A stretch of DNA of 64,000 nt, from the NCBI GenBank assembly GCA_053919585.1, contig CM132823.1; one strand, written 5' to 3'. The DNA comes from Euprymna scolopes. Its lineage: Eukaryota. Both the position numbers and the translations under genes were made by a program. Positions 16,301 through 29,402 of the stretch are shown in pieces. Each line of letters starts with the position of its first letter. Positions within the stretch are counted from its first letter, which is position 1. The notes below the pieces were generated by a model, which ran no database searches, was not told the DNA's origin, and worked only from the letters and a program-made list of their open reading frames with translations.

Positions 16301-19300
16301 CTTAGACTTAAGCATTCCTATATATCATTTCCTCATACTTAGACTTAAGCATTCCTATATATCATTTCCTCATACTTAGACTAAAGCATTCCTATATATC
16401 ATTTCCTCATACTTAGACTTAAGCATTCCTATATATCATTTCCTCATACTTAGACTTAAGCATTCCTATATATCATTTCCTCATACTTAGACTTAAGCAT
16501 TCCTATATATCATTTCCTCATACTTAGACTTAAGCATTCCTATATATCATTTCCTCATAATTAGACTTAAGCATTCCTATATATCATTTCCTCATACTTA
16601 GACTTAAGCATTCCTATATATCATTTCCTCATACTTAGACTTAAGCATTCCTATATATCATTTCCTCATACTTAGACTTAAGCATTCCTATATATCATTT
16701 CCTCATACTTAGACTTAAGCATTTCTATATATCATTTCCTCATACTTAGACTGAAGCATTCCTATATATCATTTCCTCATACTTAGACTTAAGCATTCCT
16801 ATATATCATTTCCTCGTACTTAGACTTAAGCATTCCTATATATCATTTCCTCATACTTAGACTGAAGCATTCCTATATATCATTTCTTCATACTTAGACT
16901 TAAGCATTCCTATATATCATTTCTTCATACTTAGACTTAAGCATTCCTATATATCATTTCCTCATACTTAGACTGAAGCATTCCTATATATCATTTCCTC
17001 ATACTTAGACTTAAGCATTCCTATATATCATTCCCTCATACTTAGACTGAAGCATTCCTATATATCATTTCCTCATACTTAGACTTAAGCATTCCTATAT
17101 ATCATTTCCTCATACTTAGACTTAAGCATTCCTATATATCATTTCCTCATACTTAGACTGAAGCATTCCTATATATCATTTCCTCATACTTAGACTTAAG
17201 CATTCCTATATATCATTTCCTCGTACTTAGACTGAAGCATTCCTATATATCATTTCCTCATACTTAGACTTAAGCATTCCTATATATCATTTCCTCGTAC
17301 TTAGACTGAAGCATTCCTATATATCATTTCCTCATACTTAGACTTAAGCATTCTTATATATCATTTCCTCATACTTAGACTTAAGCATTCCTATATATCA
17401 TTTCCTCATACTTAGACTTAAGCATTCCTATATATCATTTCCTCATACTTAGACTTAAGCATTCCTATATATCATTTCCTCATACTTAGACTTAAGCATT
17501 CCTATATATCATTTCCTCATACTTAGACTTAAGAATTCCTATATATCATTTCCTCATACTTAGACTTAAGCATTCCTATATATCATTTCCTCATACTTAG
17601 ACTGAAGCATTCCTATATATAATTTCCTCATACTTAGACTGAAGCATTCCTATATATCATTTCCTCATACTTAGACTTAAGCATTCCTATATATCATTTC
17701 CTCATACTTAGACTGAAGCATTCCTATATATCATTTCCTCATACTTAGACTTAAGCATTCCTATATATCATTTCCTCATACTTAGACTTAAGCATTCCTA
17801 TATATCATTTCCTCATACTTAGACTTAAGCATTCCTATATATCATTTCCTCATACTTAGACTTAAGCATTCCTATATATCATTTCTTCATACTTAGACTT
17901 AAGCATTCTTATATATCATTTCCTCATACTTAGACTTAAGCATTCCTATATATCATTTCCTCATACTTAGACTTAAGCATTCCTATATATCATTTCCTCA
18001 TACTTAGACTTAAGCATTCCTATATATCATTTCCTCATACTTAGACTTAAGCATTCCTATATATCATTTCCTCATACTTAGACTTAAGCATTCCTATATA
18101 TCATTTCTTCATACTTAGACTTAAGCATTCCTATATATCATTTCCTCATACTTAGACTTAAGCATTCCTATATATCATTTCCTCATACTTAGACTGAAGC
18201 ATTCCTATATATCATTTCCTCATACTTAGACTTAAGCATTCCTATATATCATTTCCTCATACTTAGACTTAAGCATTCCTATATATCATTTCCTCATACT
18301 TAGACTTAAGCATTCCTATATATCATTTCCTCATACTTAGACTTAAGCATTCCTATATATCATTTCCTCATACTTAGACTTAAGCATTCCTATATATCAT
18401 TTCCTCATACTTAGACTGAAGCATTCCTATATATAATTTCCTCATACTTAGACTGAAGCATTCCTATATATCATTTCCTCATACTTAGACTTAAGCATTC
18501 CTATATATCATTTCCTCATACTTAGACTGAAGCATTCCTATATATCATTTCCTCATACTTAGACTTAAGCATTCCTATATATCATTTCCTCATACTTCGA
18601 CTTAAGCATTCCTATATATCATTTCCTCATACTTAGACTTAAGCATTCCTATATATCATTTCCTCATACTTAGACCTAAGCATTCCTATATATCATTTCT
18701 TCATACTTAGACTTAAGCATTCTTATATATCATTTCCTCATACTTAGACTTAAGCATTCCTATATATCATTTCCTCATACTTAGACTTAAGCATTCCTAT
18801 ATATCATTTCCTCATACTTAGACTTAAGCATTCCTATATATCATTTCCTCATACTTAGACTTAAGCATTCCTATATATCATTTCCTCATACTTAGACTTA
18901 AGCATTCCTATATATCATTTCTTCATACTTAGACTTAAGCATTCCTATATATCATTTCCTCATACTTAGACTTAAGCATTCCTATATATCATTTCCTCAT
19001 ACTTAGACTTAAGCATTCCTATATATCATTTCCTCATACTTAGACTTAAGCATTCCTATATATCATTTCCTCATACTTAGACTTAAGCATTCCTATATAT
19101 CATTTCCTCATACTTAGACTTAAGCATTCCTATATATCATTTCTTCATACTTAGACTTAAGCATTCTTATATATCATTTCCTCATACTTAGACTTAAGCA
19201 TTCCTATATATCATATCCTCATACTTAGACTTAAGCATTCCTATATATCATTTCCTCATACTTAGACTTAAGCATTCCTATATATCATTTCCTCATACTT

Positions 19301-22300
19301 AGACTTAAGCATTCCTATATATCATTTCCTCATACTTAGACTAAAGCATTCCTATATATCATTTCCTCATACTTAGACTTAAGCATTCCTATATATCATT
19401 TCCTCATACTTAGACTTAAGCATTCCTATATATCATTTCCTCATACTTAGACTTAAGCATTCCTATATATCATTTCCTCATACTTAGACTTAAGCATTCC
19501 TATATATCATTTCCTCATAATTAGACTTAAGCATTCCTATATATCATTTCCTCATACTTAGACTTAAGCATTCCTATATATCATTTCCTCATACTTAGAC
19601 TTAAGCATTCCTATATATCATTTCCTCATACTTAGACTTAAGCATTCCTATATATCATTTCCTCATACTTAGACTTAAGCATTTCTATATATCATTTCCT
19701 CATACTTAGACTGAAGCATTCCTATATATCATTTCCTCATACTTAGACTTAAGCATTCCTGTATATCATTTCCTCATACTTAGACTTAAGCATTCCTATA
19801 TATCATTTCCTCATACTTAGACTTAAGCATTCCTATATATCATTTCCTCATACTTAGACTTAAGCATTCCTATATATCATTTCCTCATACTTAGACTTAA
19901 GCATTCCTATATATCATTTCCTCATACTTAGACTTAAGCATTCCTATATATCATTTCCTCATACTTAGACTTAAGCAGTCCTATATATCATTTCCTCATA
20001 CTTAGACTTAAGCATTTCTATATATCATTTCCTCATACTTAGACTGAAGCATTCCTATATATTATTTCCTCATACTTAGACTTAAGCATTCCTATATATC
20101 ATTTCCTCATACTTAGACTTAAGCATTTCTATATATCATTTCCTCATACTTAGACTGAAGCATTCCTATATATCATTTCCTCATACTTAGACTTAAGCAT
20201 TCCTATATATCATTTCCTCATACTTAGACTTAAGCATTCCTATATATCATTTCCTCATACTTAGACTGAAGCATTCCTATATATCATTTTCTCATACTTA
20301 GACTTAAGCATTCCTATATATCATTTCCTCATACTTAGACTTAAGCATTCCTATATATCATTTCCTCATACTTAGACTTAAGCATTCCTATATATCATTT
20401 CCTCATACTTAGACTTAAGCATTCCTATATATCATTTCCTCATACTTAGACTGAAGCATTCCTATATATCATTTCCTCATACTTAGACTGAAGCATTCCT
20501 ATATATCATTTCTTCATACTTAGACTTAAGCATTCCTATATATCATTTCCTCATACTTAGACTTAAGCATTCCTATATATCATTTCCTCATACTTAGACT
20601 TAAGCATTCCTATATATCATTTCCTCATACTTAGACTTAAGCATTCCTATATATCATTTCCTCATACTTAGACTTAAGCATTCCTATATATCATTTCCTC
20701 ATACTTAGACTTAAGCATTCCTATATATCATTTCCTCATACTTAAACTTAAGCATTCCTATATATCATTTCCTCATACTTAGACTTAAGCATTCCTATAT
20801 ATCATTTCCTCATACTTAGACTTAAGCAGTCCTATATATCATTTCCTCATACTTAGACTTAAGCATTTCTATATATCATTTCCTCATACTTAGACTGAAG
20901 CATTCCTATATATTATTTCCTCATACTTAGACTTAAGCATTCCTATATATCATTTCCTCGTACTTAGACTTAAGCATTCCTATATATCATTTCCTCGTAC
21001 TTAGACTTAAGCATTCCTATATATCATTTCCTCATACTTAGACTTAAGCATTCCTATATATCATTTCCTCATACTTAGACTTAAGCATTCCTATATATCA
21101 TTTCCTCATACTTAGACTTAAGCATTCCTATATATCATTTCCTCATACTTAGACTTAAGCATTCCTATATATCATTTCCTCATACTTAGACTTAAGCATT
21201 CCTATATATCATTTCCTCATAATTAGACTTAAGCATTCCTATATATCATTTCCTCATACTTAGACTTAAGCATTCCTATATATCATTTCCTCATACTTAG
21301 ACTTAAGCATTCCTATATATCATTTCCTCATACTTAGACTTAAGCATTCCTATATATCATTTCCTCATACTTAGACTTAAGCATTTCTATATATCATTTC
21401 CTCATACTTAGACTGAAGCATTCCTATATATCATTTCCTCATACTTAGACTTAAGCATTCCTGTATATCATTTCCTCATACTTAGACTTAAGCATTCCTA
21501 TATATCATTTCCTCATACTTAGACTTAAGCATTCCTATATATCATTTCCTCATACTTAGACTTAAGCATTCCTATATATCATTTCCTCATACTTAGACTT
21601 AAGCATTCCTATATATCATTTCCTCATACTTAGACTTAAGCATTCCTATATATCATTTCCTCATACTTAGACTTAAGCAGTCCTATATATCATTTCCTCA
21701 TACTTAGACTTAAGCATTTCTATATATCATTTCCTCATACTTAGACTGAAGCATTCCTATATATTATTTCCTCATACTTAGACTTAAGCATTCCTATATA
21801 TCATTTCCTCATACTTAGACTTAAGCATTTCTATATATCATTTCCTCATACTTAGACTGAAGCATTCCTATATATCATTTCCTCATACTTAGACTTAAGC
21901 ATTCCTATATATCATTTCCTCATACTTAGACTTAAGCATTCCTATATATCATTTCCTCATACTTAGACTGAAGCATTCCTATATATCATTTTCTCATACT
22001 TAGACTTAAGCATTCCTATATATCATTTCCTCATACTTAGACTTAAGCATTCCTATATATCATTTCCTCATACTTAGACTTAAGCATTCCTATATATCAT
22101 TTCCTCATACTTAGACTTAAGCATTCCTATATATCATTTCCTCATACTTAGACTGAAGCATTCCTATATATCATTTCCTCATACTTAGACTGAAGCATTC
22201 CTATATATCATTTCTTCATACTTAGACTTAAGCATTCCTATATATCATTTCCTCATACTTAGACTTAAGCATTCCTATATATCATTTCCTCATACTTAGA

Positions 22301-22906
22301 CTTAAGCATTCCTATATATCATTTCCTCATACTTAGACTTAAGCATTCCTATATATCATTTCCTCATACTTAGACTTAAGCATTCCTATATATCATTTCC
22401 TCATACTTAGACTTAAGCATTCCTATATATCATTTCCTCATACTTAAACTTAAGCATTCCTATATATCATTTCCTCATACTTAGACTTAAGCATTCCTAT
22501 ATATCATTTCCTCATACTTAGACTTAAGCAGTCCTATATATCATTTCCTCATACTTAGACTTAAGCATTTCTATATATCATTTCCTCATACTTAGACTGA
22601 AGCATTCCTATATATTATTTCCTCATACTTAGACTTAAGCATTCCTATATATCATTTCCTCGTACTTAGACTTAAGCATTCCTATATATCATTTCCTCGT
22701 ACTTAGACTTAAGCATTCCTATATATCATTTCCTCATACTTAGACTTAAGCATTCCTATATATCATTTCCTCATACTTAGACTTAAGCATTCCTATATAT
22801 CATTTCCTCATACTTAGACTTAAGCATTCCTATATATCATTTCCTCATACTTAGACTTAAGCATTCCTATATATCATTTCCTCACACTTAGACTGAAGCA
22901 TTCCTA
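1356..22906. repeat. 37-bp tandem satellite, ~582 copies, consensus catttcctcatacttagact(t/g)aagcattcctatatat
   Basis: Period 37 (1356, 1393, ...). Highly homogeneous, no spacers, stop codons in all frames. One shortened monomer near 2393-2420 and a 1-bp deletion near 8081. Confidence 0.99.
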
Positions 22907-23184
22907 CGGCACTAGATACCGTCTGAAGCCGATCAATCTCACTTCTCATCTATCAAACGTTGAGTTGGAAGGCAATAAAAGCATGACTGCTAAAAGTATT
23001 TTTGGTAACATGATACCGTTTGGCTTTGACAATTTAGTTTCACATTTCCCATTAACTGACACTACGCACGAAAGACTATGAAAATTTACCAGTGTAAAAA
23101 TGTAAGTGTATTAAAAAAACTATTTTAAAAATATTCAAAATGTGTTTCATGATTTGAAAATTAATTTGGCGGAATTGTACAACC

Positions 23185-24540
23185 GGTGCCCGGAAAACTC
23201 GTCCCGGGAAAACTTGTCTCCGGAAAACCCGTACCCGGAAAACTCGTACCCGGAAAACTCGTACCCAAAAAAACTCCCCCTTTTTTACTAGGTAGGAAAA
23301 CTGGTCCCTTATTGAATAAATATCGATTGAAAACACATTTTATTACCGTTCTTGAAGGAGATATTGTTTTTAAAAGAGACTATGCACCCCCATAATATTT
23401 TTAAAAAAAAATATTTTTAACTCTTGCTTAAAAAAAAACTTGATCACGGAGTCAAGATACGAAAAACGAAACTAAATATTTATTAAAAAAAAAATACTCT
23501 AGTTTTAACATTTTTGTGCCATTACGAAACAAAAATAAATAAAGAAAACACGTATTATCAAAGAAAGCAATCATTTTATTTAGAAGAATTAATTCAGTTT
23601 AAATAATTCTTGTGCTATTACAAAACAAAAAAGAAAAAACGGTATTATGTAATTTTGGTATCGCGCTGAAATAATAACGTTATTATTTCGAAAGCCATTC
23701 TTAACATCGGGAGGGGAGGGTATCGTTTAAAAGTCATTTCGGGGGCACTTGTGCAGTACTTAAAAATATTTATTTTCTTTTGGAGGTGGGGGAGGCTCGT
23801 TTTAAAACTATATCTACCTCAGTATTTTCTTTAATTTTCGGATATTTTTTGTAAAAAATAATTTACTAACTAATGTCGAGTCTGACATTACTTGTTATTT
23901 CTTTTTAATTAAATAAACTCTTTAAAATAAGTTTAAACACCAAAAACTTACAAAGCTAGGTAGAAAACGAAAAATCAATTTAATTTTTTTAAAACAATAA
24001 ACATGTAAAAATATTTTTTTTTAAATATTATGGGATGTGCATTATTACCTAAAAATATACAAATTTATTTTCTTTCGGAGAGGGGGGGGCTCGTTTAAAA
24101 ACTATATCTACCTTAATATTTTCTTTAATTTTCTATTTTTGAGCGATTATCCTCCTAAGACGTGATCCTCTTATGTCGGACATTTTTTTATTCACAAGTA
24201 ACACTCGACATTACTTTTTTTTTTAACTAAATAAACTCTTTAAAATAAGTTGAAAGGCCAAAAACTTTCAAAACTAGGTAGAAAACTAAAAGTTAGAAAA
24301 ATTAATTTAATTTTTTTAAAACCACAGTAAAAAAGTAAAAATATTTAAAAAAAAAAAAATATTATTGGATGGGTATTCTCTTTTAAAGACAATATCTTCT
24401 TCAAGAACGGTCATAAGATGTGTTTTCAATCGATATTTATTCAATAAGGGATCAGTTTTCCTACCGAGCAAAAGGGAACGAGTTTCCCGGGTACGAGTTT
24501 TCCGGAGACGAGTTTTCCGGGGACGAGTTTTCCTAAATTC
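23185..24540. mobile_element. Non-autonomous TIR element (MITE/foldback type) with ~230-bp TIRs
   Basis: Left TIR 23185-~23420 is the reverse complement of ~24330-24540. Both carry 15-bp subterminal repeats ccggaaaactcgtac. Perfect 8-bp TSD gtacaacc at 23177-23184 and 24541-24548. Internal duplication ~23760-24010 vs ~24060-24340. Confidence 0.9.
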
Positions 24541-26759
24541 GTACAACCATCACCACATGTGTAATTTCTATACTGATACATTTTTGAAATTTTTTTACTG
24601 GATTATTATTGATTGGACAGCAATTAACCAGATTATGAAAAAAAAAATCATTATTTTGACATTTTAAAGGGGTGCTCATTTTTTAGTTACAACATTCTGG
24701 TAAATGTGTCACCCATTTTTTTTTTCTTCGGGAGATATGAAATGGTGCCATGTTGACGAAGCAATGTATTGGTAGGCGTATGATATGAAAATTGACAACG
24801 GGATGGAAAATTATGAAACATTTCTCCAGCATCTTAGTGAAATTTATAATATTTAAAAAATATCTGGGAGGGGTGTCTACTTTTTAAGTGATTACGCATG
24901 GTTTTACGGTGTGGTCAATCGAACTTAAGTTAGTGGTAAACAATATAGTTAACATCCAGAAAAAATTAGAATAACAAAGAACTGATGATTATTTTACGTT
25001 AAATTTATATTCGAAGCTGATTTCCTACTCTAAATACTAAAATGATTGCTTTTCTATCCGTCAAGTTTTTTAAGGTTTCATCCGTAATCATTAGGCACTA
25101 CCATTTTTATGTGAACTTTTCCAAAAATGTACACATGATCTGGTGACGTCATCGAACGATTTTTTAAAAACTATTATTTACTACTGTAATTTAATTTAAT
25201 AGGAATTTATTTTACATTCAAATAATTTACTTAAAGATTAAATTATCGAAGTGTAAAAAAAGATTCATTATCGTTAGAAATAATTAAGTAAAATCTGTTT
25301 TTTCAAACATAACACAAAAATAAAATGTTACGTAACTTTTTTGACATCTACAAAGGAGCAAAAGTGACAATAAAACAGTTTGTTAGTTCACTACACATGT
25401 TATTTGTTTATTTAAGTTTTCCATACTTTGGAATGATTTAAATTATTTATACGAAAGACCATTTTTCCCGCCATGAATGCTACTTGTGAATAATTTTCCC
25501 TTTTACCAGTTTGGTGCTTCCGACCACTTCATTACTACTAGAATTAAAAACAAACGTTAACGAAGAAGTTTTTTAAAGTATCTAAAATTGAAAAAAAAGT
25601 TTAATAAACTTTAAAATTAAACGTAAAACACAAGAAATAATTTATAAAAATAGTTTAACAACTTACTTTTAATAGATAATTTGGTTACCTTTTAATAAAC
25701 CCTAACAGAATAATCGAGTTAAGCTGTGAAGCTTTACAACGGCGAATGCAACGGCGGAAGTAAATGTCTTCAATCAATCAGTTAATTTTTGGTCAGTCTA
25801 TGCTTCCGTATTTTATTTCATAAAATAAGACATACAAGAATATCGCAGTGCATGTACAAAAACTGGATTTTCACACAATATTAATTTTGAATCGGTTTTA
25901 ATCTGCCATAAAATATCTGGCAAGAGTCATGTTTATATTATAACTTTATAGTTTAAAAAAATTTCACACAATTAATTAAGAAATCTATGTTCTAGCGGAC
26001 ATTTTGAAAAATGGAATTTTAATCGTTTTAATCTTTTAAAAATCAGTTAATTTTTAAGAAGTTACTTTTTCATGGCAATTCAACTGATTATAGTATATAT
26101 TAATTAGAAAAAAACGATATTTTTAAAAAACATAATAGTATTAAGTTTATATCAATTTTTTAATTGCAACTTCAAGATAATGTTTTGTTCAATACATGTA
26201 TTTAAACTTTAAAAAATAAATATTTTTTCTTATTTGAACTCATAATAAATAGAAATTTCAATAGATTTAAATATATTTTGTTCGAATTTCGAAAAAAATA
26301 AATAGGGAGGGGGGACACGCACTAAAAATATTTCTCCTCATATATTTTACAGACACTGCATTTTATATGTAATTTCACTCTAAAATGGATAAGTATCGAA
26401 AATTTGACTATTAGTTGATTTTTGCTAGATTTATTAAATACGGGTATGTTTTCACGTTCGGAATGTCTACTACATGGGGGCGTTATTTTAAAGCGTCAAT
26501 TATGTAAACAAGATTTTCGCCTCGCAATTTCATTATTTTCGTTCGATGACAAAAATCTTAAAAAATTATTACTAGTTTATTTTGCCCTTCTTTTAAATGG
26601 TACAAAAGTTATGTTGATAATATTAGTTTATAAGAAAGTTACATCGTTTTACATATAGGAGTGGGGTAATTCTGTGTTGACTTTTGGCAGTCCCTAGCAA
26701 TCATCTATAAAAGTAATATTTCATTTTGGAGTAGGGATTTAGTTGAGAATGTTAATTTG

Positions 26760-26761
<2 letters not shown>

Positions 26762-26811
<50 letters not shown>
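26762..26811. repeat. (TTA)n microsatellite
   Basis: Directly visible. Confidence 0.97.
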
Positions 26812-26812
<1 letters not shown>

Positions 26813-27243
26813 TGCATCTCGTTTTTGTCTTTTTTTTTTTTTACAGCAAAGCAAATCAATTTAATAACCCACCAAATTTTTATAATTATAATAAAATTTT
26901 CATTTCATTCATAGAAAAAGGCACAGGATAGTTAACAAAGCCCACGTCCTCTCCATGTTAAAATAGGTTTTCTAAATAGTAACATTATTATTTAGAAATT
27001 CGTTCGTAACAATGGGAGGGGGGCGTTGTTAATATTTTTTTCTTACATCGTTTTCTCATTTTGGCTACCAATTCGTCGACTATTTTCAACTGTTTATGAA
27101 AACTTTCAAGTAGCATGTGTTATATTTGTAGAGAGGCAAGTTGATATCGGTTGATAAATTATAAAATAATCATAACGAAATAAGAAATAGTTTTTTTTTA
27201 ATCTCTTAGGGAATGCCTACGGCGACCGGTGAATTTAAATTCA

Positions 27244-27247
27244 ATAA

Positions 27248-27279
<32 letters not shown>

Positions 27280-27281
27280 AA
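27244..27281. repeat. (AAAT)n microsatellite
   Basis: Directly visible. Confidence 0.9.
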
Positions 27282-28269
27282 CAAACAAATGAACGCACTA
27301 GCGTTCGAGGCATACACACACACCCTTCCCTCCCTCTGAAAATGCAATGCGCGAAAGAGCCCACTATCAGCGGAGCTGATGAAAAGGGAAGAGAGAGAAA
27401 GAAAAAGTGAAATCAACGCTGACGAAAAAAAAAAAAAGCAATTTTGAACTAAGCATTCATTTTAACGGTGATAAACGATAGCGTTCTTATAAAAATATTG
27501 AGAGGACAAAAAAAAAAATAGAAAAGAAAAAGAGACTGTGGAGAGCAGTGAACATTGTCAAATGGACCGGTTGTTTTGTTTACGTTTGAGCGAATAATGA
27601 ATAATAAAAAAAAAATAACAAAAATTCGCTATGAACCGGTGATGTTTAGGAATGCCCAAAGCGCAGCGTAAACAGATTTCCCTGAAATAAATAGGAGTTG
27701 AATTCTTTCGACCGAGAATGGACATCATGGAAAGTTCACGGCGAAGATATTAAAGATGAATAAGAAGAGGGTTGCAACGAACAAAAATATCGTCATCCAA
27801 GAAGTAACCAAACAGGAAAAATCTTGCGAATGATGAACTTTGCGGGGACATTATGAAACACGAAAGTCCAATTGGATAAAGTTAAGTGACTATTATGACT
27901 TCCCCATCTCGATATCCCCGCTCCTTGTCCTTGGCCGAACTGTCATACCATAATGGAAATGGTATATACATTTTCTCTTATTTTTTTTTGTTTGTCACCT
28001 TGTTTTCTTTTCTTTCTTTTATGATGTTTCTTTTTTATCATCCGACCTCACCTCAACCTATTGCGGTGTGATATTAAATTTAAGGATGCTGAATAAAATT
28101 CGTGTTTTAAGATTTTAGCGTTGTGTCATTCTTGCTTTGAGTTTGAATCGTTCGGAACAAAATGTGCTAATGAGAACCTCAGACAACGTGTCAAATAGGT
28201 CACAAATCGTGGACGACACTTTACTTGTCATTATTTTATTTTTATTTTTATATTGTGTTACGGACAACG

Positions 28270-28850
28270 TAGGGTGAAGCGCTGTCCTAGAGTCATAAGA
28301 TTCTTACCTGGGGACATCCACCCGACTCAGCTTCATACCGGCCTGTAACACTTGTTATAGATTTAACTCCATGATTCTCATGTAGTTGTGACGTCCATAT
28401 CACCATTCTGGCTATGGCTAGGATCCTGAGAAACACCATTCATTTCTCCCTGCCTCATGGCGACTCAACACTGTGGATGATGTAGGACACGTCCAGCAGG
28501 TGAGTTAGGGTTAGGGTTAGGGTCAGGATCGATGCGATCCATCACCTCGTTGACATATGCGCAGTACTGTCTGAGTCCATTGCATTTGAAGAACATATTC
28601 TGGCGTTTCCTTGGCTGGGGCCCTACAATGTGGACACCCGGGCTAATTCATTGGTCCAGCTCCAGCACTGTGCAGCATTGAGAGGCAATGCATTTCAGGC
28701 CAATCGCCAAGTCAAGGAAAACTTAAAGTTGTTAAAATGACTTGAATCTTGCGGCCATCTCCACCAGAAGTGGATCTCCTCCCTCAACCCCAAACACTCA
28801 ACGAGCAAGTCGTCAGCCGTCCCCTCCCTAGTTCTTTGTAAAATTCTTTT
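28270..28850 (-). mobile_element. Decayed 3' fragment of an L1/Tx1-clade non-LTR retrotransposon (C-terminal zinc-binding region)
   Basis: Minus-strand pieces SLTWRLA*NALPLN, GCPHCRAPAKETPE..MFFKC, DRIDPD, LLDVSYIIHSVESP and MVFLRILAIARMVIWT, with stops and frameshifts. Locally higher GC. Confidence 0.7.
28505..28522 (+). repeat. Interstitial (TTAGGG)3
   Basis: Three perfect telomeric units inside the Tx1 remnant. Confidence 0.9.
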
Positions 28851-29217
28851 CTAGTTAACCGTGAAAGGTCTCTAGACCCTATTTACAATAAGTAAGTTGT
28901 TGTTGTTAGCTGTTTGAACTACTGTTGCTGAGACCCTTCGGCTGCTGGCTTAGTTGACTTCACTGGGCGCATCAAAGTCGCATTTCACAAAGCTTCCTAC
29001 TTCCCAAACTGAAATTTTGCTGAGAAAGTGCTCTCTTTATGAAAAAGTGCTGATGTTGTAGGAATGGTGCCGATAAACATACAAACGAATAAAATTAATT
29101 CCCAACCGAACTTATCACAATCAAAATTGTTTTAAATATATATTGACTGTGTTTATGCTAGAAATTAATTATAGAAATTAAATATAGATTGACTGTATTT
29201 AGGCTAGAAATTTGCTG

Positions 29218-29400
29218 TTTTTTTTTGTTTTTTTTTTTACATGGGTGTCACCACTTATCAAGGCCCAGAGGCCACTCAAGGATAAGGGTTAATAGGTATA
29301 CATTAATCATTGTGATTTTAGCATAGTAAACAGTGGGAATTTTGTAACTTGGATTACTTAGGGGGACGATTCAATTAGAACTTGTTCACTTTGGACTTTT
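29218..29400 (-). mobile_element. Short 5'-truncated LINE 3' end related to the adjacent element
   Basis: Poly-T tract followed by ttatcaaggcc...aggccactcaaggataagggttaa, the same motif seen at 29431-29469. The rest of the sequence has diverged. Confidence 0.6.
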
Positions 29401-29402
29401 TC

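Noticed and set aside
1356-22906. CRISPR array or endless ORF (37-bp repeat)
   Set aside because: No unique spacers and no cas genes, in a eukaryotic context. Stop codons recur in every frame on both strands.
23076-24667. PGKLV/RVFRV-repeat ORFs
   Set aside because: They are translations of the 15-bp subterminal TIR repeats.
27280-27890. Possible promoter or first exon of the ETS gene
   Set aside because: The sequence looks unique, but no convincing frame and donor combination was found.
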